DNA of 64,000 nt from Sphyrna mokarran. Lineage: Eukaryota. The notes beneath the pieces are model-generated. The model saw only the letters and a list, made by a program, of their open reading frames with translations. It did no database searches and was not told the DNA's origin. This document shows positions 36,892-50,731 of this stretch, piece by piece (positions within the stretch are counted from its first letter, which is position 1; every line of letters starts with the position of its first letter). The stretch is taken from assembly GCA_024679065.1 (NCBI GenBank), contig JAGIQG010000003.1:46314001-46378000 (forward strand), written 5' to 3'. Made by a program: the position numbers and the translations under genes.

Positions 36892-39800
36892 AACCGTTAG
36901 CGCCACTCGTGTTCAATACATTCATCTCTTTTTGATTTGTTTTTAAATTCATTTATGAATTTTAACTTCATTTGCAAACATAAGCTCTGTGGACGACAGT
37001 TTTGTTCGACGTGTTTTTTTTATTCACTTACAGCGGCGTGTGAAGACACAGAAACAAAACTTGTATTTTAATAACAGCCAGTAATTAACAAGAGGCTAAT
37101 GAGTTACAACAATACAAACACTTAAACTGCGTCACATTTTTCTATTTAGTATACCTCTAATCATTTCTGAGGCTCATATTTATTTACGATAAACTACCAC
37201 AGATGCTTTTGAGGTCAGTTGATGTAGATAATTTCTTGCCTATATATTACGATTAAAGAAATATCACTATAATTAAATGCTTGAAATAGCTTGTTTGTAA
37301 AGTATTCGTCCTTTTCATGGGTTGCATTCATAGGAATCGATTGAAGCTAAAATCGAATGAAGGTTTACAACCATCCAAGCAAACGTGCAACTCATAAATT
37401 AAATAGCCAGTTTTATTTTTTACCAATTAAAGTCACTATTTGAGTTCATTAGCATCAATTTAAGTGAGTTGGCAGCGTTCTTATTTCCGAATTTGAACGT
37501 TTTGGCTTTAAGAACAAACATAAGTCTAAAATCTTGGTTGACAGTCCAAGGGATTGCCGCCTCTTCTCTGGACGTAGTGTTAAACCAAGGTTCAGCTGGA
37601 TTCTAAAGATCCCATGATGTTTAAAGAGCTGGTCAGCATTCCTTCACATCCCCCCACCTCCCCCCCAGCACACACACACCACCCACACACACCAGATCCC
37701 ATCATCGCTACAAGCAATACTTCTTCTCCCTTACGGAATATCACATAAAAAAAATTTACTGGCCACTGTACAGTGCACAATATGGCTCCTCGAAATTCAT
37801 TAAAAGTAATGAATTGATTGTGATGCACACTCAAGAAACACTTGAATGTTTCTGAGAAGTGTTCTTAAGTGTTTGACTTTAATTACTTGTCTGTTCAAGT
37901 AAAATTCGGTTACTAACATCTTGATTCCAAATGTAATTTCCTCTGCTGTTGGACACTCCCATTTTATTCATTTGCATGTCCCTGAAATTTGATATGCCAG
38001 ATCTTGGGTATCTGTTTAAGTAAATTGATTAGTGGTTATCAGATGGATAGATGTATTCTTGTGTTGCACTTTTCCATTTAGACTTTGTTAACTTCAAGAC
38101 TAATTAAGTGCAGTGGTGATGCTTTTTTTAAATTTACTTTCAGTTAACCTTCTGATTGCAACTAACATACTCCTACTCACAGCTTTACATCTCCCCAGCA
38201 GATCTGTGCTGTCAGCCAATGACAGGCACCAGCCTAGCAGGAGACTGTGTGTATGTGCTGGCCGCCCCCAGGCCCTTTCCTGAACATGGATGAAAGGGGA
38301 CACAGAAATGTTTGCCTCGATATGCAATCTTACAAACTCCAAAGTGTCAAATCAGTCAGTTTATTCACTTTATGTTGTGCCCACTTGGCTATTTTACCAC
38401 CTACTCACTTTGATCCTGTATTCCACAAATACATTCCAAGTCTAATGAATGCCAGTACAGTTGTCCCATTACACAATTGGTGTAATCACATCAGATTTGT
38501 GGTCAGAAGTTAGTTCCATTTTGAGCTGTCACAGAGCCCTTCTAGTGTAAAATGTGTTTTCAAATAAGAAACATCAGCACTGCAGCATTAAACAAAATGA
38601 AAATGTCTAACCTGTTGTAAATTTGTACAATGTAAAAACAATATATAGTTATTCAGCTTTATTTATAAATAATGCATGACAAAAACTTCACACCATAGTC
38701 TTGTAACATTTTTCGTAACCCAAAGGAAACAAAACTGTTAAAAATAGATAACTAAATCAAGAAACATGGTCTTTTTGTCAACTATGTTTTCCCCCTTCTC
38801 CTATCCACTTACTCACCACAACCAACCCCACAAAAAACATACACTGAATGTGTGTTTAAAAATAAAATCATTGATCTTTGTTAATAGCTTGTTTCTTTAA
38901 AAAAAACAAACAACAGTTTATAATATTGCCTGGAAAGATACAATCCAAAAGTTTACTTGATTAACTACACCCAAACCTTACATTGATCAAGTACTTTTTC
39001 ATTTACCATGGATTCTATCCAACCAATTTAATTTCCAAGTTATAATGAGTTAAATACTCAAAAGTTGCTTATTGCTATCAAGTTTGCTCATGATATTGGT
39101 GTTGATACAACAAAGTCAACAAATCATATTGTTGATGAGAAAAGTTTGTGGATTTAGAAAGCAATGTTGGGCTAATCATATGATTTTTATCTGAAGTTTA
39201 TATTTATAAAAGGACAGTATTTATGAACAAATAAGATAAAAAATAGAGGTACCAGAACTTACATGAATACTTTGTTTCAGTGAGTTGAGCCCTGCTGGAT
39301 CTGAGACCTACAAGATATAATCTGAGCAAGTGATCAGGATCTGTCAGAGTCTATAAACTTTGATATATCTCAGCAGGGTGCTTTAGTAAATTTGCTAATG
39401 TGCATATTTCAATTTGAATCAACAGTTTTCAGCAACTTCTGGGTCTCTCTATTTGAAAATATGCCTCTAGGTAACCTCATACATAACTGCCAGGACTTTT
39501 AATCATGCAGCCCTCCATCCATGCACTAAAAGGCAATTGTTTCTGAATTTTTCCTTCTTAATATACTGTGGCCCCATCTATCTGCCCCATATCAACACTA
39601 TCTTTTTAATTATTTAAACATATCATTATTATTATGAGGTGTTGAAAGATCTTTCTGCATTTCTTTCAGTTTCTTTCTGCCAATGCCGCTGTCCTAGTCT
39701 CAGAAATTGTCCATCTTGAATGTTTTCCTTCTAATTAAATTTGTAGGCATCATTACCAAAGTCTGTTTGTGAATTCAAACTCTGAAGCATTTAAGGTATT

Positions 39801-40813
39801 TAATAGTGTGTTCTTCTGTACAAACTATCTTGTGCAAGCATTATTACAAGGCTACTTGATTTATTAGTCTGTAGGTAAGGAAGAAGTTTTTTTAAAAAAA
39901 ACATGCCCAGCTTCACATTTTTTTTCTGTATTCGACAAATCACAGATCAAATGTTAGGTACAGATATTTTAGTATGGTTGTGTCAAGTTTGGACCAGAAA
40001 GTGTGATAAGTAGGTAGTGAATTTCTCACCCACACACTGAATGTAAGAGAGACTAATATCAAGATTCCCAATGTGTCGTGCTTACCTAAATGTTGAAAAA
40101 GAAACCATGCAAGCATATTGTGTTGATAGTGATGACTAGAAAGGTACGAGGTGCCATCTTCTATGTTTTGACAATCTAAACATAAATGCGATCAAAAACT
40201 TTTTTCAGTGAATGCAGTTTTTGTTCAATTCAGTTATGCTTATAATCTACTTCAGGCTGTCTATTAATTTGGGGGGAAAGTGCATTAAGGAATAGAAACC
40301 ATATGTAGCTTTGTTTGGTAAAGCAACACAGATAAGTTTGACATGCCAATTTGTTATTTCAGATAATCAGCTTGACATGTCTCCAGGAAAAAAAATGAAG
40401 TTTTATTTATTTTTGATTTGTTACATTTTAGCTCTTTGTGTTTTGCAATGGCATTAAACCACTCGACAAGATATGATTACATTGTAAAACAGCGCTTGTA
40501 TCATTTAAACGTCTTCTTGGACATTTTCACTTTAACCTTAAAATAACAACTTGGAGTATTGCCACTTTAGGAGGTGGTGTAATTTTGTAGCCCTCTGCAG
40601 TTTTTTCTTTCTTTGTCTCCATAGCAGGATTTTTGAAAACAATCCAAAATATTACAATTTTTTACAGTTATTTTACTTTAATTTTCTGATCACTTCTCCT
40701 GGACTATGATCTCCCAGTTATGTTCCCATTATTTCCAGGTGTTTAATCGAGTCACCATTTCCAAACAGCTGCTCTTACACCTGTCACTAGTTAAGTAGCC
40801 TTTAGACTCAACG

Positions 40814-42070
40814 TATAGTAAAGTCCTGCCGTTTGTGGTGGTTATATTTCCACAAAATCTTACATTTATGTAAAATCACAAGTGGCAAATACACTTAATA
40901 ATGGGTGCACATTAGATAGGTTCCAGCTACCCCCAAATTTGACATTTTTAAAATAAAAGAAACAATATGAACTACATTTTTTGAGTAAATCAAGACATTT
41001 TACCATAGAAATTGTTTGTCAATACAAGAGAATTGAACAATGTAAAGCTTGTCAATTACACAATATTCCAAATTACAATATATTAATGTAAAAGTACTAT
41101 ACTTCATACTGAAGGTGAGTGAATGAGTGACATGGCTGATCTGGATATTTTTGTGAATGTAAAGAACAATGTTACGGTTGACTGCTTTACTTCCTGCTTT
41201 TCAGATTTGTAAAGTTCTCTGTAAAGAGAAATAGCTCTATCAATTGTTCTACAAAAGGCAATATTTCCTTTCATGCTTGTATCATGGTCTGTCACCAGTT
41301 TTCTTTTGTCAAATCTTTAGCTGATCTTACATGATTTGCCGTCACCTTGGGTGTGAATTGAGCCTTCTTAGACTCTTCTTCATGCTTCTGCTCTGTTCCG
41401 GCTCATTTAATCTCATCGTTCAACTAATTCCTCTAAAAAAAAGTTCCTCAATATGAGATTGAAGCCACGTATCCATTTCATCTGTGGTCTCTCCCTTTCT
41501 ACTTGTTTTTGCCAAGTTAACAATCCTGGCTACTTCAGCATCCTCATTGGGGAACCCTGTGACATAATTCACAGCCTCGGGTCAAACTTTTTTGGAGTAG
41601 GCATTTATGGCTGAAGTTTTAACTTCATCCCACGAGTCCTTAACTTTGTCTCCTGCTTTGAAGATGTTGAATTCCTTCCTGGCACCATGGTACAATACAA
41701 GTACTTTGTTTCAAATGATTGGATCATTAACTGGGATTCCCCTTTGCTGCTGGTGCTTTCTCCACTCATTGGGTAACTCCTCCATTTCCTCTAACTGTGG
41801 ATCATTTTTACTTACAAAAGTTAACTTGGGGGTACAACTATCAGAAACATTAATACTGGCCTTTATTTTTTTTTCCCTGAGACTGCCTATTGTACCTGAT
41901 TGTGAATGCATTGATACTTGCACCACTTTTCAACCAATCAAAGATTAAGACATTATGTTCAAATGTCATCATTTTCCCTGGGATATTTTCTACTTGGCTC
42001 AGAATCACTCATTTAAAGTTAAATGCTGTACTATACCTATACTGTAAAATGCTGGACAAGACTTACTGTA
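40814..42070 (-). mobile_element. Internally deleted Tigger/pogo DNA transposon fossil
   Basis: ORF 41711..41926 resembles a CENP-B-type HTH (LEEMEELPNEW..HQQQRGIPVNDPII). ORF 41104..41295 resembles the Tigger C-terminus (YRELYKSEKQEVKQSTVTLFF). The intervening frame gives SWDEV...PEAVNYVTGF. Imperfect TIRs with TA flanks: ta-tagtaaagtcctgcc and ggacaagacttactg-ta. Confidence 0.75.
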
Positions 42071-42300
42071 TCCTATGAATCACAGCAAACTGCATACAGT
42101 CAGAAATGGCACATGCACAGAGCACACTTTCTCTTGCTACATGGGAAACACAAGGTCGAAATTTTCATGATCTCTAAATTGAGTCCTTTATTTATTTCAG
42201 GACTAACACATGTTGAGGTGAAAGCTTTGAAATGTTCAATCATGATGGATAAAAGTTTGGGCCATGGACAGCAATCGGGTTTCAAACACTTTTGCACATT

Positions 42301-42660
42301 AATTTGATTTGATTTATTACTGTCACATCTATTGGGATACATGAAAAATATTGTTTCTTGCGCACCAAACAGACAAAGCATACCATTCATAGGGTGCATA
42401 GGGGAGAAGGAAAGGATAAGGTGCAGAGTACAGTGTTGCAATTACCGATAGGGTGAAGAGAAAGATCAGATTAATGGATGACAGGACCATTCAAAGGTCT
42501 GATGGCAGCAGGGAAGAGTTTGTTGATGTGTGTTTTCAGACTTCTACATTTTTTTCCCGATGGAAGAATGTAGATGAGATTATGTCCAGGTGCATGGAGT
42601 CCTTGATTATGTTGGCTGCTTTTTTGAGGCAGCAGGAAATGTAGATGGAGTCAGTGGATA
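42301..42660 (-). mobile_element. Rex1/Babar-like LINE 3' end
   Basis: Reverse complement of 46390-46740, with an (atttg)n tail. Confidence 0.8.
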
Positions 42661-43152
42661 TAAATTTAATGAATGGACATGTAAAAAAAAATCATGATTG
42701 AGAAGGTTGGTGTAAGTTGATTGTACTCCCTTCTATTTCCTTTCAAAAATTTACTGAAATATCCAGAATACCCATGTTTCAAAATAATACTTCATACGTG
42801 GCATTGCCATGACAATGCAGAGGGAATTTCACAGTGCATGCCATGACTGAGTACTTGTTGTTGATATTATTACTGAGATAATTAAACATTTCTCTAGGCT
42901 GAGAACATGAAATGAAGAAAAAATGAAAAACTTGATTTTTAACAAAACTTGTTTGCAGCCTTTATTCAAAAAGTACAAGGAGCCAACTTCAATTAAAGGA
43001 GTTTCAAATTTCTTTAGCATTCTGCTTAAGATTAGGAATCAATTATAAGTTGCTGCCACAGAAGGAATGTTTTTGTTATTTGATGCGAATTGTGTAGGTT
43101 GTTAATCAAATCTTAGATGATCTTTCAGATGGTCACAAGACAGCTGAAAATA

Positions 43153-43428
43153 AACATTTATTTATTAGCCACATTAACACTGCAATGAAGTTATTGTGAA
43201 AATCCCATGGTTGTCACACTCCATTGCCTGTTTGGGTACACTAAGGGAGAATGTAGCATGGCCAATACACCTAACCAGCACATCTTTCAGACAGTGGGAG
43301 GAAATTGGAGCACCCGAATGAAATCCATGGAGACACTGGGAGAATGTGAAAACTTCATATAGACAGTGACCCAAGACAGGAATTGAACCCAGGTCCCTGA
43401 CGCTATGAGGTAGTTTTGCTAACCACTT
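43153..43428 (-). mobile_element. V-SINE, type-B tail
   Basis: Reverse complement of the 13735 and 1-146 family. Confidence 0.85.
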
Positions 43429-46160
43429 TTGTTCAATGATGAGAGAATGCCAAGGAAATTTAAAGAAAAACATTCATTCAAATCATTTCTGTAATTGCTG
43501 GAATTGAGCTCAAAAATCAGCCTATTCACTGTCCAGTGCTACATCATATCAGAATATTTACCATTCACAGTTGGAATTCTGAATGATTTATTTTATGTTG
43601 TTAAGCCACACTTATTCATTTATTTACTAATGTTCCAAGTTAAGCCATCACAGGTACCGAACAATCAGCGATGTGCTGTTTTTGAAATTGATAAAATTGA
43701 CAAGTAGTCTGTTGGACAAGAGGGACAGATGCTTCAGGGTCAAAATGTCAGATAAAAAAGCTGATTGAATATAGAATCTGGTGACAGGATACATGGAACT
43801 CCAAAATTAGAGCAAGAAAGTGATGAATCTTCACTCATGAAATGTTGCCCTGAAATAACACTGATTGACTTTTTGACATTGACACAAACCAAGAGCACAG
43901 TTCCTAGTGTATTATTGTCCTCGTGATTCTTGCTCATGCTCCTTTATGGAGCCACTCAATATTAAACATTTTTTTCCCTATGGAGAAATGTTTAATTGGT
44001 TAAATTATCCATAACCACACCATTAAGATTTCCTTAATTTCCAACTAAGTATGATCAAATGTGAAACAAGTATTTCTTTTTTCCTGGACCTTTTCTTCCC
44101 ATTATTGTCAAATATATCTCTCTCCAATATGTTGAAACAGAACAACGCAATCTCTGTTTCTTATTGCAATTACAAAGTTTTCAAATTGATTTGGATGTGG
44201 GTGACAACAAAACAGCATGAATGTTTGTGGTTTGCATTGCAGATTTGTTTTTTGGACTTATTTTGGTGTGAATTATTTGGCAAAAGTTATCAGAATTCTG
44301 ATTTCCTTGAAAAAGAGCAAGAAATAAAAACTTTAGTCAAGGAGAAAAGCTTCAGGCAAATTTGTGGAAAATGCGTATTGTGTTAGTTGCTGTGGTTTTT
44401 GCCACTCTTTTGTAAGTACCCTTCATCTGTTTTGTTGCGAGATTGTTGCCCCGTAGAAATAATCCCTATGTAATTGTGGGACCGTGCAACATCTGGTGGA
44501 TCCAGCATCTTCCTTACAAGTGACTGTCAACGTTGGTCAAAAGATAAATGTACTTAAGCACGTAAGGCTGCGCAATTATAAAGATCGTGTTAGGAGGCGC
44601 AAGGAGAAGCAGTTATGCAAGGTTGCATGGGCCAATGGAAGTGAACTGTGGTTAATATCAGGGGTGCGATACATAAAGCAAAGATACCCTGGGGATTGAC
44701 ACGCTGCGGGCGATGCTGACATCTAGGACATCTTGTCGCATCAGCGCTGTTGTGTTTCACCATTTCTGTCACTGTCCTGATTGATTACTCTCAGTCACTA
44801 TTATATCTCTGAGAAATTCACTTCATCCCCCACATTTTTTGTTTCACTTGCGTCTATGGTGCAGATGGCATCAACCCACACATCTGCATTGTTCACAACC
44901 CACATAGCATTGCTGCTCATGTTCCCATTGGGGTCGGCAAAACTCCTAATAGCCTTAAACTTTTCTGTTGTCCAAATTGGCGCACACAATTTGAAAATGT
45001 GGAATTAAAGTGACTGAATTGCTCCCAACTTTTTGAAGCGTTTGTCAGTGACAATTTTTTTTCTCAATTCGTAAACGGTAAAATAATCCTTTTACCGACC
45101 TCCATTTAGAAGTTTAATTGTGCAAAAACTATATGGAACCAGTACCCTACATTACAGCAGAAGAATAATACAGCATAAGCCAAACCACTTAAGAGAAGTT
45201 GTGACTCCATCCAGAAAAGTTGAAGTGTCTTTAGAACCAAACACATTAAAATGTGTTTTGGGGTAAGCCTATTGCTTTGATTACATATGCTAAATACAGG
45301 CATTATATTTCTGGAGCATAATGGCTTTTATGATCTGTCTTGTAACACTTGAAAAAAATTCGTCAGTAAAACCACACCAAACATTTCTTCCCTTTTACAA
45401 TAGTAATTATACTAAGTGAAAAATTTCACTTATGATGTTGTGCCGCAGAGAAAGTTTGTCTTTGCCAAAAGATAATTCACATTTTCTTTGATTGTGCTGC
45501 TTACTTGTACATTTGTAGCTTTCTAATGTAGATTAATTTGTGTTTCTAGCATGTTGCATGTTTTAGACAGAAGAACAAGCCTTGCAATAATAAAATATTG
45601 TTGGATAATGCCATGCTTCTCTGCAAAGCAGATGTATAAAGTTCTACTGTTGTTAATTAAAAAATGAAAACAATAAGCATTCCAAAAGCAGATTTATGGT
45701 AATGAGGGATGTGCTTGGCAATATCTAACTGCTGAAGGTTAAACACAGAGTACTAACTAAATGAACAGGCAGAGTCAATATGCAGTGGTTTAAGAAATGT
45801 CACTATACTTCAAAGTTTAATTGAATTGGAATTGAAGGGCAGCAGTCACAAGAGACAGAAGAAAAATTATGTGTGTCTATCCTTGATTCTATTTGGTATT
45901 GATTTGTTCAGATTGTGATTTGAATGTGGAATCTTGAAGCGATGTTATGGTATTGCAAATACTGCTTTGTCCTTTGAAAACTGCAGGAAAAAAGGCAGCC
46001 CAATCATTATCCATTTTACTTGAGGTCTGAATGTATTTTTGATCAATAGACTGCCAGTGTCTTGGGTCTCATGGAGTCAAGAATATTCCTAAATATAAAT
46101 GATTACCTTGGTGTGGTAGGTATGGAAATGTGCATTCTTTTGGATTTCCAGATCTCTACA

Positions 46161-46741
46161 GCCATGCTGACACTATAGTTAAGAAAGCCCACAAGTGCCT
46201 CTACTTTCTCAGAAGACTAAAGAAATTTGGCATGCAGTCAAGACTTTCATCAACTTTTACACAAGCTTCATAGAAAGCAATCTTTCTGGCTGTATCACAT
46301 CTTGGTATGCTGCCTGTCTGCCCAGGACCACAAGGAGCTACAAGAGGTTATGAATGTAGCTCAATCAATCAAGTAAATCAGCCTCCCATCCATTGACTCT
46401 GTCTACATTTCCCACTGCCTCTGCAAAGCAGCTAGCATAATTAAAGACTCCATGCACGCTGGACATTTTCTCTTCCACCTTCTTCCATCAGGAAAAAGAT
46501 GCAAAAGCCTGAGGTCACATCCCAACTGACTGAAGAACTTCTTCCCTGCTATTATCAGACTTAATTGGACGTACTTTGCATTAAGTTGATCTTTCTCTAC
46601 ACTCTAATTATGATTGCAACACTACATTCTGCACTCTTGTTTCCTTCTCTATGAATGGTATGCTCTGTCTGTATAGTGTACAAGAAACAATAATTTTCAC
46701 TGTATGCTAATACATGTGACAATAATAAATCAAATTAAATC
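46161..46741 (+). mobile_element. Rex1/Babar-like LINE, ORF2 C-terminus and 3' UTR
   Basis: Translates HADTIVKKAHKCLYFLRRLKKFGM then, across frameshifts, IES.LSGCITSWY and LLPSGKRCKSLR. (aaatc)n tail. Confidence 0.85.
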
Positions 46742-47704
46742 TGCTAAGCACCTCTGACCTGGAAACATACCATGTCATCCTGAGAAATCAGCATGCTTGT
46801 ATTAGATTGCAAAGAAGTTTCATGGCTCAAGCATATTGATACAGGAACCTAGTTAAACATCAACATTGGTAATCATTGATTGGCTTCTGAATTGGAAAAC
46901 ATTTTAAAAATGTTTGATTGTAATGAAATTATTATATTGTCACTATTATAGACAATATTATGGATGGGATTTTCTTAGCCATACTTGCCTCAAAACCAGA
47001 AAATTCAGACTGAGGTCAACAGAACTTTGCCTGGTCTGCCCCACCCACCCCTGTTTGCTATGATTCCCAGGACAGATGGGATGAGAAAATTCCCCCCAAA
47101 GATTCTGGATACTTCACCCATGTGCAATGGAATAGGCTGTGCATGTATAAATGGCCCATGCATCCTTGTGATCTCTAGTGTACCTGAAAGAGATTGACAG
47201 AAGATTTGGTATCGGGAAGACACACAGAGACTTGGCCTATCAGGATCATATTGACATTTAGCTATAAATGTAAAAAGATTTTACTTTTATTTGCTGATGG
47301 ATGGAGCAAGCAATACTCATGTTCTTGTGTTGGGATCTGTCCAGAGTTCCTTGTCTGAGGCTATCTCAGTGTGAAAGCCAGGTACCTCTTCCAGGATGAG
47401 CTGCTCTTACACTTACCACATAACCATGCCAGAGTGCCATTCTCAAAGGCTGAGAATAGTTACACAATCAAATGGTTGTGTCATACATGGAGATGAAGGC
47501 AGAAGATGGGAAGTCATGGGAAAATGAGGTTTCTAAAACAAAAAATTCAACTTTCTGTACTTCAGCCATTGTCTAATACTGCTACATTGGGAGCATTCCG
47601 GGACCCAATCCAGTGATACTATTCATTTGAGAAGACAGACAATGAGCATTGGCTGTTCAGCAATAGCCAAGCTTAATCTTGTCTCATCTAACATCTACAA
47701 ACAT

Positions 47705-48340
47705 GGAGCAGAATTTTACACCCTGGCTTAACAGACTGGCAGTGGGTGTAAAATCGGTGCAGTACCACAGCACCATTCCCAAGATCTACCAATCTGCTCC
47801 TGACTCAAAGCAATTGTTGGTGAGGTGGCTTTGGCCCACCCAACCTTAAGCCAATTGAGACCTTGAAGTGGCAAGTTAATGATCACTCAAATGCCTCTGC
47901 TAGCAACTGCCACAATCCCTCCCATAATGGGTGGAGGCCAGAGCTAATATGAAATTCACCAGTCTCACTCCTCAGGCTACTGGCAAGAAAGAAGGTGGTT
48001 CCTCATTTATGGTGACATTCTCAGGTCCATTTGTGGCCCCTGAGACAAGATCTGCCTATCCGCAGGATTCTCCACCTTCTGACCCAGCAGTGGCCACTGC
48101 TCCTAGTGACACTGCTGGGAGTGGGGAGTTGCTGACCTTTGGTTGACAGCTCCAGAGGTGGGGCTTCCTCCTCTGATAGAGGGTGAGCTGTTGGGGAGAG
48201 GGAAGATGATCTCATCCTAAACTGCCCTACCAAGCATTAAATGAGTGTGAGGCAACCTGTCAGACTGAGAGTGTGCTCATCACCAACTATTGCCAGGAGA
48301 GGGGCAACATAAATGAAACTTCCTACTTAAGCCAGTCCAT
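47705..48340. mobile_element. Decayed Harbinger-like non-autonomous element
   Basis: Begins ggagcagaattttacaccc with an 11-bp perfect inverted repeat (47713-47723 and 47744-47754). GC-rich body. Right boundary uncertain. Confidence 0.4.
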
Positions 48341-50446
48341 AGTGATTAAGAACAGACAATTTAGCCAAATTTTCTCTTCCTAACTCAGGTTCTGTAATCC
48401 AATTGTAGAGTTCCAATAGTAAGGTCAGCTGAAAAGACTTAGCTCAGCATAGAGCAGGCATTCAGCCTGAAACTGAAATCATGTGCATGGCCTGGCCACT
48501 CATTGCATAAACTGGAAAAAATGTTTGGCAAGAAAATATTTTCTTTATTACAATACAGCCAGCACTGTGGGTTAGTAGATATGTAGAGGATGGGGTTCCT
48601 ACCATCCAGTTTTACCTTTTATTAGATGGTGCAAAATCAAGATCAGTGCAGGACAATGTAGCAATAAAAAAGCTACTTGAAAGTGTTTTGTTTCTGCTGT
48701 TTATTTTCTTCTGTTTATTGTCTCCATTCATTCTCCATGATGTGCCATTCCTGTCCAAGATAGCAGGCAGATATTCTGCTCTCATTCACCACTGATTCTT
48801 CTGTATCAGCTGCTAAAGTTATGCAAAAATACCCTGAGCCCATTTGATTTCCATTAATCCCTGTGAGAAGGTGTCTAACCTCCATTTAGATCTTTCCTCA
48901 AACACTGCAGCCAGGGACAGTAAACTAAATGTGTAAGAAATTGTACATTTATACTTCTTTCAACTGCTCCACGTACAAGACAATGGAATGCCAACACTTT
49001 GTTCCTTTATCTCAACAAAAGCAGAATTTCCATCAGCTATTTCAGATTACTTCTTGTTAAAGTCAGAATAGAAGGCACCTGGCCCCATTAATGCAAAACA
49101 GAGTGCATAAAAATGAATGTGCTTTCTGAGAAAAAATATTGGTTGAATTATTTCATGTATATAATACACATCCTAAATACATAATTTATTTGGAAATTTC
49201 CACCCAAAAACATTTGACAGGAAGACACATGGGTCTTAAAGGAACTCCCAGTGAAAATACCATATCTATTGCTGTGAGCAGGGTCTTTGTGCAATGATTT
49301 ACTCAAACTATTATGAGTGTTAACGCAGGCATCCCCTCAGTTTTAAATATCACCATGGTGGCTTTCTTAAACTCTTTGGTAAACAGGTATAAGAAAGATT
49401 GCCTCTTTGTTTGTCCATCTATGGGCTTTTCTCAGCTCTAGCTAAACTATTTAAACATATGGAGTTGGCCTCAATTGACTTTTATTTGTGTGTGGAAAGC
49501 TTATAATGCAATAATACCCTTGCAATTTAATTTGGACTAAAGGATATTTTAAAAATTAAAATCTTCTGCAAAGCTAGTAGTGGTCATATTGCTAATTTTT
49601 ACCATGTGTTTATTATCTCCCTTGCACATTGATAACAGTGATGGACAGTAGTCTTCACTCCAACATCTCCATGTCAATTATTGTTTTGTAATCTTTAGTA
49701 GCCTATATATGTATCATATTTTGGACATATTCCTAAATCCCAGCTGTTTTGATGTTTACACTTATAGATCCAAATGGAGTTAGAAAGGAATTAAACTTAA
49801 TGTCCCTTCAGGCTCTTTTCTGTAGCTGCAAAAATGATTTGGTGCATGACATAGCAACATGAACATAATTGAACATGCTGCATTCCCCTATCAAGAGAAA
49901 GCAGCAAGATGTCCTTTGGAGGTAATAGATATGGAAATCCACCATCAGGAAAAAACCAGCCAGTCCATCAAGTCTGCCCCATACCATGACACCTGAAGTA
50001 TAATAACTAGATATTTCCTTACCTCCTGTGGCCATATGATCTCATGGGGAAGAAAGAAAAAGCAGAGAAATACTTATAAAAATTCCTTTCTCACCACCTC
50101 AGGCGACCAAAATCTCTGCAGGGTATACGTTACTTCCAAAATTACAGTCATGATAGTGGGTCAGAATCATTCTGATGCCTACATATTGAAGAGTTTGAGA
50201 TAAATGTTTTCTCCTCTCTGCCTGGACCGTGATATGAAGGAGTGACTCACCTGCCTGTCATACCTGCCTGATTTTAATTCCATTTTTTTGGGTGGTCCTG
50301 TCAGCCAGGTTATCACCAAGACAAAAGCAAGAAGTATCCCTTTCAATCCCTTTCAATGCATTCCAGAAAGATCATGCTTATGGCCTTGCTATATATTGGG
50401 TGATTTTCCCCACCCTGCAAAAAGAAGAAAGGGCCTTGCCAAAATC

Positions 50447-50731
50447 AAAGTTTATTTATTTATCAGTCACAAGTAAGGTTTACATTAATGCTGCAATGAA
50501 GTTATAGTGAAATTCCCCCAGTTGCCACAGTTTGGCACCTATTCGGGTCAGTGCACCTAACCAGCATATCTTTCCAACTGTGGGAGGGAACGAAGGCTCT
50601 TGAAGAAAACCCACACAGACACGGAGAGAACGTGCAAACTCCACGCAGACAGTGACTCCAGCTGGGAATTGAATCTGGGTCCCTAGTGCTGTGAAGCAGT
50701 AGTACTAACCACTTTGCCATCTTGCTGCCCC
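50447..50731 (-). mobile_element. V-SINE, type-B tail
   Basis: Reverse complement of the 13735 family. Confidence 0.85.

Noticed and set aside
44801-44989. 62-aa minus-strand ORF with protein-like composition
   Set aside because: Non-ATG start, no family recognised, no clear splice partners. A regulatory explanation fits the block better.
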